A program made the translations under genes and the position numbers. From assembly GCF_000142905.1 (NCBI RefSeq), contig NW_013657675.1, positions 496,001 to 560,000 of the forward strand: DNA of 64,000 nt, given 5' to 3'. The notes beneath the pieces were generated by a model. That model saw only the letters and a program-made list of their open reading frames with translations, was not told where the DNA came from and did not search any database. This DNA is from Thecamonas trahens ATCC 50062 (Eukaryota > Protista > Apusomonadida). Of this stretch, positions 1-10,900 are shown in pieces; positions within the stretch are counted from its first letter, which is position 1; the number at the start of each line of letters is the position of its first letter.

Positions 1-65
1 CCCCCCTCCCATGACCAACCACCACACTCCACAGACCCACACCTACACCCTCCTCCTCCCCTCAC

Positions 66-1793
66 ATGCCGTCGCCCACGTCGTCGTCGTCCACGACGAC
101 CACGCCGTCGTCGTCGGTACCCCCTTCAGCACCTACCGGGACCACCGAGTCAAGCCCGGTGGGGACAGCAACAAGCGCAGGTGGGCCATCAGCAAGCACA
201 GGCGGTGGGGCAGCCGTAGGCGGTGACGAGGCGGTGGCCATGGCGGTGGCACAGACAGCGCATGCGTATGCACACCCACAGCAGACAGCCATGCCTGCTC
301 CTCGCCCTCTCTCGGCCTCGCTTGGTCATCCCTCGCCCTCGCGCAAGCGGCAGCGCGACATGACGCCGGACGACTTTGGCCTCCGTCTCCCTCCCGGCGC
401 CGTCCCGCGACCAAAGCGCCGCAAGACGCCGACCAAGACCCCATCGCCGGCCTTTTCAAAGCCCATCACTCCCGCCATTGCTCCGGCATCAGCGCCGGGC
501 GTTAACGTTGTCGTCTGCCTCCATCCGGATGCTCCTGCCGCCACGGCCATGGCCGGTGGCGCTGTCGTCGGCATCGATGCCGTGGGCGGCACCGTCCTGC
601 CGGGCGCCACCACCCCGTCGGTCGAGTCCGAGTCCGAGCATGAGGGCCTTGACCCGCTCGAGCACTGGCTCACCCACGTCCAGGTGCTCACGGGCGCCAA
701 GGCGAACAAGATCCTTGAGGTCCAGGCCTACGATACGGTGGTCTCGGCCTTCCGCACACTCATCACTGCCCGCCTGCTCTCGGCACCGATCTACGACGCC
801 CACACCTCGACATACGTCGGGACCATCGACATCGTCGACCTTGTCCACATGGCCGTCAACTCGCTCTCCAAGGTCACCTCGCGGGTCTCACTTGAGAACC
901 TCATGCGGACCAAGGTGTTCGGCATGAAGGTTTTCCAGCTCGCTAACTTTTCGTCGCTCAACCCGTTTGTCGCCGTCAAGCTCGGCTCGTCCATCCTCAA
1001 GGTCATGCAGGGCCTGGCGGTCGACAAGCTCCACCGCGTGAGCATCACCGATGACAAGGGCCGCGTCCGCGGCATTATCTCGCAGTCGTGGATGGTTCGC
1101 TGGCTCTCGACCAACGCGCAGCGGTTTCTCGGCGAGCGCGCCCACGCCCCGATCGCAGACCTCGGTCTCGGTGAGCCCAAGACCGTTGTCACCATTCGCG
1201 ACTCGCAGCTCGCCATCGAGGCCTTCTCCGCCATGGTCGAAGCCTCAGTCTCGGCCGTCGGCATTGTCGACTCGCACAACGTGCTCAAGGGCGTCATTTC
1301 CGTTCGCGACATCAAGGCCGTCCGCCCCTCACAGTCCAATCCGGACGTCATCCACTTTGACGCCCTCTACATCAACGTCATGGAGTTTGTCGCCGTCTCA
1401 CGCGCACAAGTTGTCTCCACCGAGAAGGTTCCGCTCCTCTCCTGCTCACCAGACACTCCGCTCACCGTCGTCCTCGGCCGTGTCGTCGCCGCGCGCATGT
1501 ACCGCATCTTTGTCGTTGACGAAATGCATCGCCCGGTCTCGGTCGTCTCGCTCGCAGACCTCATCCGCGTCTTCCTCCCGCCCTCAGCCTCATCGTCACT
1601 CATTGCCGAGGCTACTGCCTCGGCCAATGCCACCACCACCGTCTGCACCACCACCACCTCGTCCAATGCCACCACCACTGTCTCGTCTATTACTGTCGCG
1701 ACCACTTCGGCCACACCCGTCGTCTCGCCAGCATCGGTTGCTGGAAATCCGTTCGGGCTGCACTCGAGCTCCGAGCCGCCCGTCACCCTCTGA
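66..1793 (+). CDS. CBS-domain protein (AMPK-gamma/SDS23-like, about four CBS repeats) with low-complexity S/T/P termini
   Basis: 575-aa ORF with CBS-type segments LSAPIYD...YVGTIDIVD, LHRVSITD..GRVRGIISQS, VSAVGIVD...LKGVISVRD and MYRIFVVD...PVSVVSLAD. Confidence 0.85.
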   Translation: MPSPTSSSSTTTTPSSSVPPSAPTGTTESSPVGTATSAGGPSASTGGGAAVGGDEAVAMAVAQTAHAYAHPQQTAMPAPRPLSASLGHPSPSRKRQRDMTPDDFGLRLPPGAVPRPKRRKTPTKTPSPAFSKPITPAIAPASAPGVNVVVCLHPDAPAATAMAGGAVVGIDAVGGTVLPGATTPSVESESEHEGLDPLEHWLTHVQVLTGAKANKILEVQAYDTVVSAFRTLITARLLSAPIYDAHTSTYVGTIDIVDLVHMAVNSLSKVTSRVSLENLMRTKVFGMKVFQLANFSSLNPFVAVKLGSSILKVMQGLAVDKLHRVSITDDKGRVRGIISQSWMVRWLSTNAQRFLGERAHAPIADLGLGEPKTVVTIRDSQLAIEAFSAMVEASVSAVGIVDSHNVLKGVISVRDIKAVRPSQSNPDVIHFDALYINVMEFVAVSRAQVVSTEKVPLLSCSPDTPLTVVLGRVVAARMYRIFVVDEMHRPVSVVSLADLIRVFLPPSASSSLIAEATASANATTTVCTTTTSSNATTTVSSITVATTSATPVVSPASVAGNPFGLHSSSEPPVTL

Positions 1794-4584
1794 CCGGCGC
1801 CCCGCTGGCGCTGGCTCCGCTCCGCTTGTGCGGCAGCCGCGTCGCCTTGGATCCGGCGAGCCCGAGGTCGTCGCGCACGAGCCAGCTGTAGTCAGGGTAT
1901 ACCGCCCGCGGCGGGTGGCTCGCCGAGAGTCCCGCCACCGACGCCGCCGACATCACACGCAACGCCGGCACTTGCTCGCCTTCGCTCGCGCGCATAGACG
2001 GCGGAATCTGGTGCCGCTCGCCGCCGAGAATGAGGCCGCCGAGCGCACCGGCGCTCACGCGCCAGTTGCCCATTCCCAGCGACGGCACAACGCTCGCGGC
2101 GGGGCGGAACTTGGAGCCCTCGACCGCGTCGGCCGCCTCGCTCTCCCCCAGCAGCACCGCCGACACCGCCCATCCGCTCTCACCTTCAAGGTGAACATCG
2201 AGCGTCGCCCCGTTCGCCGGAACCTGGTAGCTGACATAAACGCCATCACGGAGGAGGACTGTGTCGATGTGGACCCGCGCGTCCGGCCCCTTTGCACCTG
2301 GCAGCAGCGGCATGGCGTCAACCAGCTGCTGTGCGAGCGGAGGCACGCTCCTGCCGGAGCTCTTGGGATGGACCAGCGCGAGCAGGTCGACGCCGGCCAG
2401 CGTCTGGCCGTAGTCGACAAGAAAGAGCGTGACAAGCAGGCACTTGCCGGGCTCCCCGCCAGCTCTGCCCTCAACCTCGACACGGATCACATTGCTCCTC
2501 GTGCCGGTCCAAGCACTGGGCTCAAACGCTCGCAGCGGCAGCTCGAGGCGCGGCAGTGCGCCCAGGACCTCGCCATCGGCGTTCGCACACCACCCAAGCT
2601 CAGCTGCGGCTTTCCAGGCGTAGACTTGAAACTCGCCGTCGACAGTCGCAAGATTGAGCCCTGCACCATCGCTCGCACCCGCCACCGACGCTGGTGCTGC
2701 GCAGAGTGTTGGCATCGGGCCGAGGAGCAGGCCAGCACCGCCGACTGCGGGTTCACTGTCGGCCCGAGCCGAGGCCCACGGCCCGTACTTGAGCACGCCA
2801 AGGTCGCCGGCATCACGGTCGATGGCGTGGATCGGCACAAAGCTGACGTCCTCGTCACTTGTGCTTGGAATGAGCGGCTTTGGTGCCATATCTGCCCCCA
2901 GCGGCGTCCAGAACACGCCCGAGAGGACCCAGTTGGGCGACGCACCCATACGCTCGACCAAGATCCGGAGCGTAAGCTTGCCGGCCGCGACCGCGGCTTC
3001 AGGCGCCGCCACATGGTAGACGAGCCACGCGTCGGCAACTCCGGCAGTGCGAGTCGGCTGAAAGCTGGTCACTTCAGCCGCAGCCTCGTCATCAGCACCA
3101 GCGAGCGCGTCAATGACCCGTGCGGTAGTCCACTTGGCCTCGGAAGCGTCGGCATCTGCGGAGTCCCCAGCGCCCGCGTCGACGACAACCGCGACCCGCT
3201 GGTGACGGACGCCTGTGTTGTAGTCGTTACAGTAGAGCGCAAACCGGATGGCTGCAGTGGGACGAATGATGTCAACCTGGAACAACACCGGATGCGGATG
3301 GTACCAGCAAGTCGGCTCAAAAGCCGGCGCCGGGAGCATGATGTCCGCCAGGACCGGCGGCTGCGCCGAGGGAGGAGGAGCAGGAGCAGGAGTAGGATCA
3401 GGAGCAGGAGCAGGAGCAGGGGTCGGAGCAGGCGCAGGCTTGGGTGCTTTTGCAGCAGCAGACGTCGTCGTTGGCGCTGGTGTGGCCCGCGCCAGCGCAG
3501 TCTGCCATGACGGCGGCGATGGCGCAGACGGCGGCGCTGGCACAGCGGCGGTTGCAGCCGGCGTCGGCGCCACGCTCCCGGTACTGCTAAGCGACGCCAG
3601 ACGGGGGGTGATTGGCCGCGGAGTGCCCGGAAGCCTGTTCATGATAAGCGAGCGGAGCGAAGTGATTTCGTCCTTGAGCGCCGCTACCGAGTTGTCGTTG
3701 GCAGATGGCGTAATCGACTGCCGGGCTGTCCGTGGGCCGCCCGGCGACGGCGACGGCGCGGCAGCTGTGGCCTTGACGTTGTCGGCAAGGCTGCTCACCT
3801 CCTCACGGAGCTGTGCGATTGACTCGGAGAGGGTGCGATACTCGCGTGAAAGCTCGAGCGAGGCCTCAATGCCACCGATGGTCACAGACGCATTCTCCGA
3901 GGCGATGGCTGAGAGGTCGGGCGTTCCGGCGCGGGCCCAATCCCGGGTCGTCTCCCCGGCTGCGGTCCGTGCCGCCACACTATCGACGCCTCCTTGAACT
4001 TGTGCTGCATCGTCATTGAGCATCGGCTCAGCGAGCCGGAGTCGAAGTGAGCCCGGAGCGAGCTCGGCAGCCGGCTCGGCGGCATCCGCGGCGGGGTGGC
4101 TGTTGGGCAGGGCGTCACGGATGGCGTCCCAGGGAATAGCGGGCGCCACGTGCTGGCGCCATGCCGAGTTAATGAATGATCCTGCGCCTGCAGCAAAGGC
4201 AGCAGTTACCGCCAAACCCATCCATGACCAGCCAGCGCCAGCATCAGCCTGGCGAGGTGGTGGCGGCGGGCGGGATGGACGAGGCGGAAGATGTGATGTT
4301 GGAAGCTTCGGCCGCTTCACCGCCGCTTGACGAAGCGCCTCGGCAATCTCATCAGCGGAGAGGCCCTTGGAAGCCAGGAACTGTACCCGCGCCGACTCGG
4401 GAGCACTCGCCACACTTGGATCGGTCAGAAAGGCAACAGCCTTGGCCATCCGCTCGGCAGCAGACGGCGCCGCGTCGTCCTCGTTGTCTTTGCCACCGCC
4501 AGCCGAGCCTGTCCTGCCCGGCCGAGGAGCCAGCTTCCATTCCTGGGCCTCAACCTCTTCAGCCATGGTCTCGGTACTCGACAT
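1783..4584 (-). CDS. PEX14: Peroxin-14 (Pex14_N, TM, coiled coil) with a long C-terminal extension
   Basis: Pex14_N signature AVAFLTDPSVASAPESARVQFLASKGLSADEIAEAL, then hydrophobic WSWMGLAVTAAFAAGAG and a coiled coil ending LKDEITSLRSLIMNR. The start is placed at the ATG at 4584, after a pyrimidine tract. Confidence 0.8.
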   Translation of the reverse strand: MSSTETMAEEVEAQEWKLAPRPGRTGSAGGGKDNEDDAAPSAAERMAKAVAFLTDPSVASAPESARVQFLASKGLSADEIAEALRQAAVKRPKLPTSHLPPRPSRPPPPPRQADAGAGWSWMGLAVTAAFAAGAGSFINSAWRQHVAPAIPWDAIRDALPNSHPAADAAEPAAELAPGSLRLRLAEPMLNDDAAQVQGGVDSVAARTAAGETTRDWARAGTPDLSAIASENASVTIGGIEASLELSREYRTLSESIAQLREEVSSLADNVKATAAAPSPSPGGPRTARQSITPSANDNSVAALKDEITSLRSLIMNRLPGTPRPITPRLASLSSTGSVAPTPAATAAVPAPPSAPSPPSWQTALARATPAPTTTSAAAKAPKPAPAPTPAPAPAPDPTPAPAPPPSAQPPVLADIMLPAPAFEPTCWYHPHPVLFQVDIIRPTAAIRFALYCNDYNTGVRHQRVAVVVDAGAGDSADADASEAKWTTARVIDALAGADDEAAAEVTSFQPTRTAGVADAWLVYHVAAPEAAVAAGKLTLRILVERMGASPNWVLSGVFWTPLGADMAPKPLIPSTSDEDVSFVPIHAIDRDAGDLGVLKYGPWASARADSEPAVGGAGLLLGPMPTLCAAPASVAGASDGAGLNLATVDGEFQVYAWKAAAELGWCANADGEVLGALPRLELPLRAFEPSAWTGTRSNVIRVEVEGRAGGEPGKCLLVTLFLVDYGQTLAGVDLLALVHPKSSGRSVPPLAQQLVDAMPLLPGAKGPDARVHIDTVLLRDGVYVSYQVPANGATLDVHLEGESGWAVSAVLLGESEAADAVEGSKFRPAASVVPSLGMGNWRVSAGALGGLILGGERHQIPPSMRASEGEQVPALRVMSAASVAGLSASHPPRAVYPDYSWLVRDDLGLAGSKATRLPHKRSGASASGAPVRG

Positions 4585-5082
4585 GGAGGAGGAGGAGGAA
4601 GGGGAGTGAGGAGAGGAGCGTGTGTGGGGTTCTTGAGGGATGCGCGCGAGGAGCGGTGGTCGCACAGGCGGGATCCGCCACGTGGGACGATGTGGCGGTG
4701 GTGACTGGACATGGGACGGAGATGGTTGCAGCGATCGATTGATCTGGGCAATATAATCAAGGGAAGAGAACGAAGAACACACATCAACCTTCTTCATACC
4801 CTCAATCAACCCTTTTTACCCTTTCTTTTAAACCACCAAACCCTCCCTCTCACCCTCCCCCCGCCCCCTGCCCCCTCCTTGCCCCCTTGCCCCCTGCCTC
4901 TTTGCCCNNNNNNNNNNNNNNNNNNNNNNNNNNNNNNNNNNNNNNNNNNNNNNNNNNNNNNNNNNNNNNNNNNNNNNNNNNNNNNNNNNNNNNNNNNNNN
5001 NNNNNNNCCTACCCTAAACCCTCCCTACCTCCTACCCCCTCCCCCCTCCCTCCCCCCCCCTCTCCAACGCTGCCTTCGCTTC

Positions 5083-5245
5083 ATGCGTCTCACCGACACG
5101 CTGCCGCTCCTGCGGCCGTCGATTCTCTTTCTCGTCTGTGTCCTCGCTGTGGCTGTGCGACTCTTTGCCACTCAGCGGTATGAGAGCATCATCCATGAGT
5201 TTGATCCGTACGTTGGCATACATATTATATATATATATACACCTA

Positions 5246-5291
<46 letters not shown>

Positions 5292-7708
5292 CATGGTAGT
5301 CAGCCATGTCCCTCTCTCACGCTTTCCTCTCTTCGCTCTGTGCACAGTTACTTTAACTTTCGGACAACGCAGTATCTGACCTCGCACTCGTTCTACGATC
5401 TGCACAACTGGTTCGATCCCATGGTGTGGTACCCGCTTGGTCGGGTTGTGGGATCGACGGTGTACCCGGGGCTGATGGTCACCGCTGGAGCTGCGCATTA
5501 CGTCATCACCTCGCTCCTTGGTCCGCTGGAGATCAGGCTGGTGTGCGTGTATCTGGCGCCGGTCTTTGCCGCGCTCACCTCGCTCGTCGCCTATGCCACT
5601 ATTGCCGAGCTCCACTCGTACTCGGCTGGCCTCCTTGCCGCCGCGCTCATCTCGGTTGTTCCGGGCTACATTCAGCGGTCGGTGGCGGGATCGTACGACA
5701 ATGAGGCTGTGGCTATCTTTGCGCTTCTCTTTACGTTCTACTCGTGGATGCGTGCGGTGCGGACCGGTGCGCTGTCATGGGGCGTGGTCTCTGCGCTGGC
5801 GTACTTTTACATGGTTGCGTCCTGGGGCGGCTACGTGTTCATCATCAACCTCATTCCGCTCTACACTGTGGTCATGATCCTTGTGGGACGGTTCTCGCGG
5901 CGGCTGTACGTAGCGTACTCGACGTTTTGGGTCGTGGGCACGCTCGCGTCAATGTCGCTGCAGAACATCCTGTTTATTCCGGTCCAGACTGCAGACCACA
6001 TGGCGGCTCTGGGCGTGTTTGTGGGCATGCAGGGCCTCATGCTTGTCCTCTTCCTCCAGTCGAAGATGTCGCCACCGACCTTCCGCGCCTTTCTCAAGGT
6101 CTCGGGCGTCGGCCTGGTGGTGGGTGGCCTTGCGGCGCTGCTTCTCGCCTCGGTCCTGCCGGGCACCTCGGGCCGGCTGCTCTCGCTCCTCGATCCGCTC
6201 GGCAAGCACATGGCCATCACCAAGTCTGTCTCGGAGCACCAGCCGATGGTGTGGACCAACTTTTTCATGGACCTGCACCTGCTCACGGTCTTTATGCCCA
6301 TCGGCGCGTACGTGTGCTTTTCCAAGCCGTCAGACGGTGGGATTTTCCTCATCATGTACGCGGTCACAGCCGTGTACTTTGCCTCGGTCATGGTCCGACT
6401 CATTCTTGTTGTGGCGCCCGTTGCCTGCCTTCTCTCGTCCATCGGCATCACGTCGCTGCTCGACACGTACCTGGCGGCGTTTGTGGCGGTCGACGACAAG
6501 GGCGAGAAGCGGGCGGAGGAACAGCGTAGCAAGGGCGCGACGCCGGCGCCGCCACGCGGCCTGGCCATAGGCGTCGTCTGCGTCGTTGCCTTTCTTCTGG
6601 TCTTCTATGTGGTTCACTGCACTTGGGTCTCGCAGGCAGCATACTCGGAGCCGTCGATTGTGCTGTCGACGCGGAGTCATGCCGGGCGGGTCAACTTTGA
6701 CGACTTCCGCGAGGCGTACTACTGGCTGCGGATGAACACGCCGGAAGACGCCAAGATCATGTCGTGGTGGGACTACGGGTACCAGATTGCGGCCATGGCG
6801 AACCGGACGACGCTTGTCGACAACAACACGTGGAACAACACCCACATTGCCACAGTCGGCAAGATGATGGCCTCCAACGAGACCGCAGCCTACCCGCTCC
6901 TACGCCAGCACGACGTCGACTACATCCTGGTGGTCTTTGGCGGCGTCATCGGCTACTGTCCGACGACATCAACAAGTTCCTGTGGATGGTCCGCATCTCT
7001 GGCTCAGTCGACTCATCCATCAAGGAGGCCGACTACATGTCGCCGGTTTCGGGCCGTTACGCGGTTGACGACTCGGCCTCGCCCACCATGAAGCGCTCGC
7101 TCATGTACAAGATGTGCTACTACCGATTCGGGACCCAACAGACCGACCCCTACCGCTCCGCCGGCTATGACCGCGCCCGCGGAGTCGAGGTCGGCGTCAA
7201 GAACATCCGTCTCCGCTACCTCGAGGAGGCCTACACCACCGAACACTGGATGGTCCGCATCTACAAGGTCATCCACCCGACCGCCCTCTCGCCGCCGCCG
7301 GCCCGCGCCAAGGCCCGCCGCGCCCTCCGCGCCGCCCGCAAGGCCGCAAAGTCCTCCATCCGTGCCAAGGCCGCTGCCGCAGGCTCTACCCGCGTCCTCA
7401 CCCCTGGCCAGCGCGCTGAGCTCTCTGCCCGCGACGCCGTCACTCGCCGCATCGCCGCACACAACCCGTTCCTCGACCTCTCGCCAGCCCTCGGCGCCGC
7501 GGGCAAGAGCCGGAAGACCAAGGCTCGCGCGACCCCGTCGCGTGCCGCCAAGCGCAAGGCTCGTGCTGCCCAGCGCAAGGCTCGTGCCGCCAAGGCTACC
7601 AAGGCTGCCAAGGCTACCAAGGCTGCCAAGGCTGCCAAGGGTGGCAAGGGTGGCAAGGCTGTTGGCAAGGGTGGTAAGGGTGCCGCCAAGGGGGCCAAGA
7701 CCAAGTGA
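5083..7708 (+). CDS. STT3: Oligosaccharyltransferase catalytic subunit STT3 (intron 5208-5347; 1-nt frame break near 6957)
   Basis: Splicing GTACGT..CACAG restores HEFDPYFNFR. Also [24 protein letters not shown] and [19 protein letters not shown] continues in the -1 frame after 6957. Confidence 0.95.
5226..5286. repeat. (AT)n and (GT)n microsatellites in the STT3 intron
   Basis: Seen directly in the sequence. Confidence 0.9.
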
Positions 7709-7937
7709 AAAGCCAACAGACAGGAGACCCCGCCCAACATATTTTTCCCCCTTCCCCACCCCCCACCCCCCACCCCCCCCTGCCAATTTGGATCCTCGGT
7801 TGCAAGTCAGCTGCAACGCTTGCGGCATGCTCCCCCGGGATGAACACCTGAGGCGGCTGCGGCCGTGGTTGCAGCTGCCACCTCCACCTCTATCATCACC
7901 TCTCTCTCTCTCTCTTCCTCTCTCCTCCACGGTTAGG

Positions 7938-10900
7938 ATGGAAGAGATTGTCCTTTCGCCCCGGCTGGAGCTGCTCTCGCGGGGTACGTCGCACCCCGGG
8001 TGCGTGATCTCAACGCGGTGGCGAGCGAGCGTGGCGTTGCCGAAGAACTTGGAGGCAGTAACTCTTCCCGACTCGCACTGCATATACATCACCAAGGATG
8101 GGACTCGGTTCGAGGTTGAAGGCATGCGTGTTGCTGTCCGGCCCGACTCGCTGGTCATGTCCAAGGGCTTCATCGACGTCGTCGACATCCGTCGCACCCT
8201 GCGCCTCTCTCGGGCTCCGCTTCAGGGCATCATCTTCCACTTTGACGCCCTCGTTGCCCCTGGCATCCGCGTCGTCACCCAGTCATCGCCGTACGCACTC
8301 TTTACCAACACTGCGTCGGCAAATCGGTACATCGCCTCGCTCACTCCCGAAGAGCTCGAGGTCCGCCGCGCCGCCGCTCAATCCGAGGCTGCTGCTGATG
8401 CTGCGCAGCGTAGCGCCGCGGGTACAGGCAAGGCGCGACTGACAACGTCGACGTCGAGCAGGGCTCTTCGTGGTGAGCCGTCCACTCCGTCCGGACACAA
8501 TGATAGGCTGCCGCAAATCGGGCTGGCTGTCGACGATGGTCCCGAGCAGGTCACGCCGCCGCCGCACTCGCCTGGCACCTCGCCGCCGACGAGCAAGGAG
8601 ATGGGGGTGCGCCCCTCTGGTAACTTTGGTGCTGGGCCGTCGATTGCATCCGGTGACGAGATGCTAGCAAGCATGGCCGAGTCCAAGCTCTCGATCGTTC
8701 CAACGTCGCTAATCGACGAGGGACAGCACTCGCTGCTTGTTGTTCTTGACGCTGACCTGCGCAACTCCTCGTTTGAGACGGCCGACTGGCACATGTGGCA
8801 GGGCAATCTTGCAGCGTTTGCCAACGAGAACGCGCTCCTTGTGGCACTCTCGACCGCGCTCTGCACCAACACGCCGTTCGCGCCGATTCGGCTCAAGGTC
8901 TTTTCGAAGGACTTTAACTCGTGGGTCTTGGTCTCGTCGATGGCGGCGTCGTCAACAAGGCCCGGCATGCCGCCGAACTTTGCCGTCCTCGACCGTGCGC
9001 GCATTCTCATTGTTACGGCGTATGTTGGACCCGGCTTGAGTGGCGTGCAGTCGCCGTCACCGCCGGCACCGCCGTCGCCGGCGCCGCCACCGCCACCGCT
9101 CAACGCTCTCGCACTCCTCGAGGGCCTCGAGCTGTCGCAAGGCGACGCCAGCCAGCTCGATGTCTCGCAGTGGGAGTCGATGCCGCTCACTGTGGTTCCC
9201 AACTTTTCGCAGCACGAGTCCGGCCTCACCTCGGCGCTTCTCAACTCACTTGCCAGTGGACGGATGCCGCGGGAAGCTCCCAACCAGGATCCGGATGCGC
9301 TCGAGCTTGCGGTTGTCGAAGTCCTGCCGACGCTCGCTACGCTTGACGCGTCGGGAAAGTCGCTCATTGGCTGGTCGATGAAGGTGAAGGCCATGCGAAT
9401 CTCAGCTGCGCTCGTCGGTCCGCTCGCCATCACCTCGGTCGTCGACTCGGTTACGCTTGTCTTTGGCAGCAGGCGTTTTGATGTTTCGGCCGACTCCAAC
9501 GCCGCGACCATGGTCCGCGGCGGGCCGCTGAACATTGCCCTTGTCCTTTCACAGGACGTGGTGCTCGAGCAAGCCGAACACTTTGCGGAGACGCTCACCC
9601 CATCGCACGCGTCCAGCTCGGGCAAGCCAATGCTCTTTCCGCCTCCTGTCGCCGCCTGCATCCCGTTCTACGTCGAAGTCGCCGTTGTCGTCGCAAACCG
9701 CAGCTCGCTTGGCGAGCACTTTACCCAGCGTTGCGTCAGGTCCGAGCCGCGCATCTTTACCTTGTACGGCAGACTCTGGGGCCAGCTGCACATGCCCTCG
9801 CCAGGTGACAAGCGATCGCGGTTTTCTGATGACTCTGACGGGTCGGATGGATCGAACGACGGCTCGCGCCGCTCGCGCAAGTCGTCCAAGTCGTCCAAGT
9901 ACTTTCGGGCACCTCTCCACAACACGTCGCACGACGACAGTGCCGCGGCGTCGTCGATGGCCGGTGGCTCGTTCGGCGGCTCAAACTCGTCGCCGGGCTC
10001 ATCGTGGGCGTCGGGCACCGGTTACCGTTTCTCATTTGACTATGGCCTTGGCGGAGCGGCCACTGCCCTCCCGCTTCGCCACGTGCACCTCGGCCAGCTT
10101 GTCTGGCTGGCTACCGCCGCCACGCCTCCGAATGTTGAAAGCCAGACTATGCTCGACGCCCTTGCGCCGCAGCACTGGACTCTCCCGGCTCTGGTTGATG
10201 CCGTCGTCACCCTCATTCGCTCCGGCGGAGCACCCGCGGCGTATGCTCTCCTTGCGCGCTCGGGCTCGGCATCGGCTGCCATAACAGCGCGGGGCCTGGT
10301 TACGGGCAAAACCTTGCTGGAGGCTGCCTGCAGCCGCGGCGTTGAGCCCAAGGTCCTCGCCGCGCTCATCGCGTTGGCTTCGGCCGAGGCCCACACTGCT
10401 CTCGGCCCGCCGGTTGCCCGCTTCCTCGGCCTTGCGCTTGAGCTTTGCGCCCGCTCTGGCAACACCCCGTCTCTGCGGGTTGTGGTGAACACGGCGGTGA
10501 GTCTCGGGGTTGACATGGTCGACGTTGATCCCGAGGCTGCACTCGATGCTGCGCACTCGACCTTTGTGTACTGCTATCTCTGGCTTGCGGTCCATGCACG
10601 CGACGGCATAGGTGCCTCAGACTCGGCCACCCTGGAGTTTCTTGTCAAGTGGCGCAACGAGAGTGAGCTCGCTGCCTACGACCACCAGCCGATCTGCAAC
10701 ACATTGTCGTCGTACTCTTCGACCTGCTCCGACGGCATTGAGCTCATTGACCTTGGAGTCGACACGGTCGTGTGCGGCTCACTTGCGTCGCGCTCGACGC
10801 TCGCTCTGCCTGCACAAAGCTTGCCACATTCGGGCGTGCTCCGGCTCGGCGTTGTCGCGCGGGGCACAGCGAAAACTCGCAGCGCCATCGCTCGCGGTCG

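Noticed and set aside
1051-3510. 819-aa + strand ORF and many other long overlapping ORFs (e.g. 18597-20384 +, 16973-18193 +)
   Set aside because: Shadow or antisense frames of real genes in GC-rich DNA, with no recognisable motifs.
7900-7940. Polypyrimidine-AG just before the ATG (also at 20515 and 41630) as evidence of trans-splicing
   Set aside because: Other genes checked (PEX14, RAS, MAD1) lack it, and 5' UTR introns explain it. It cannot be tested without transcripts.
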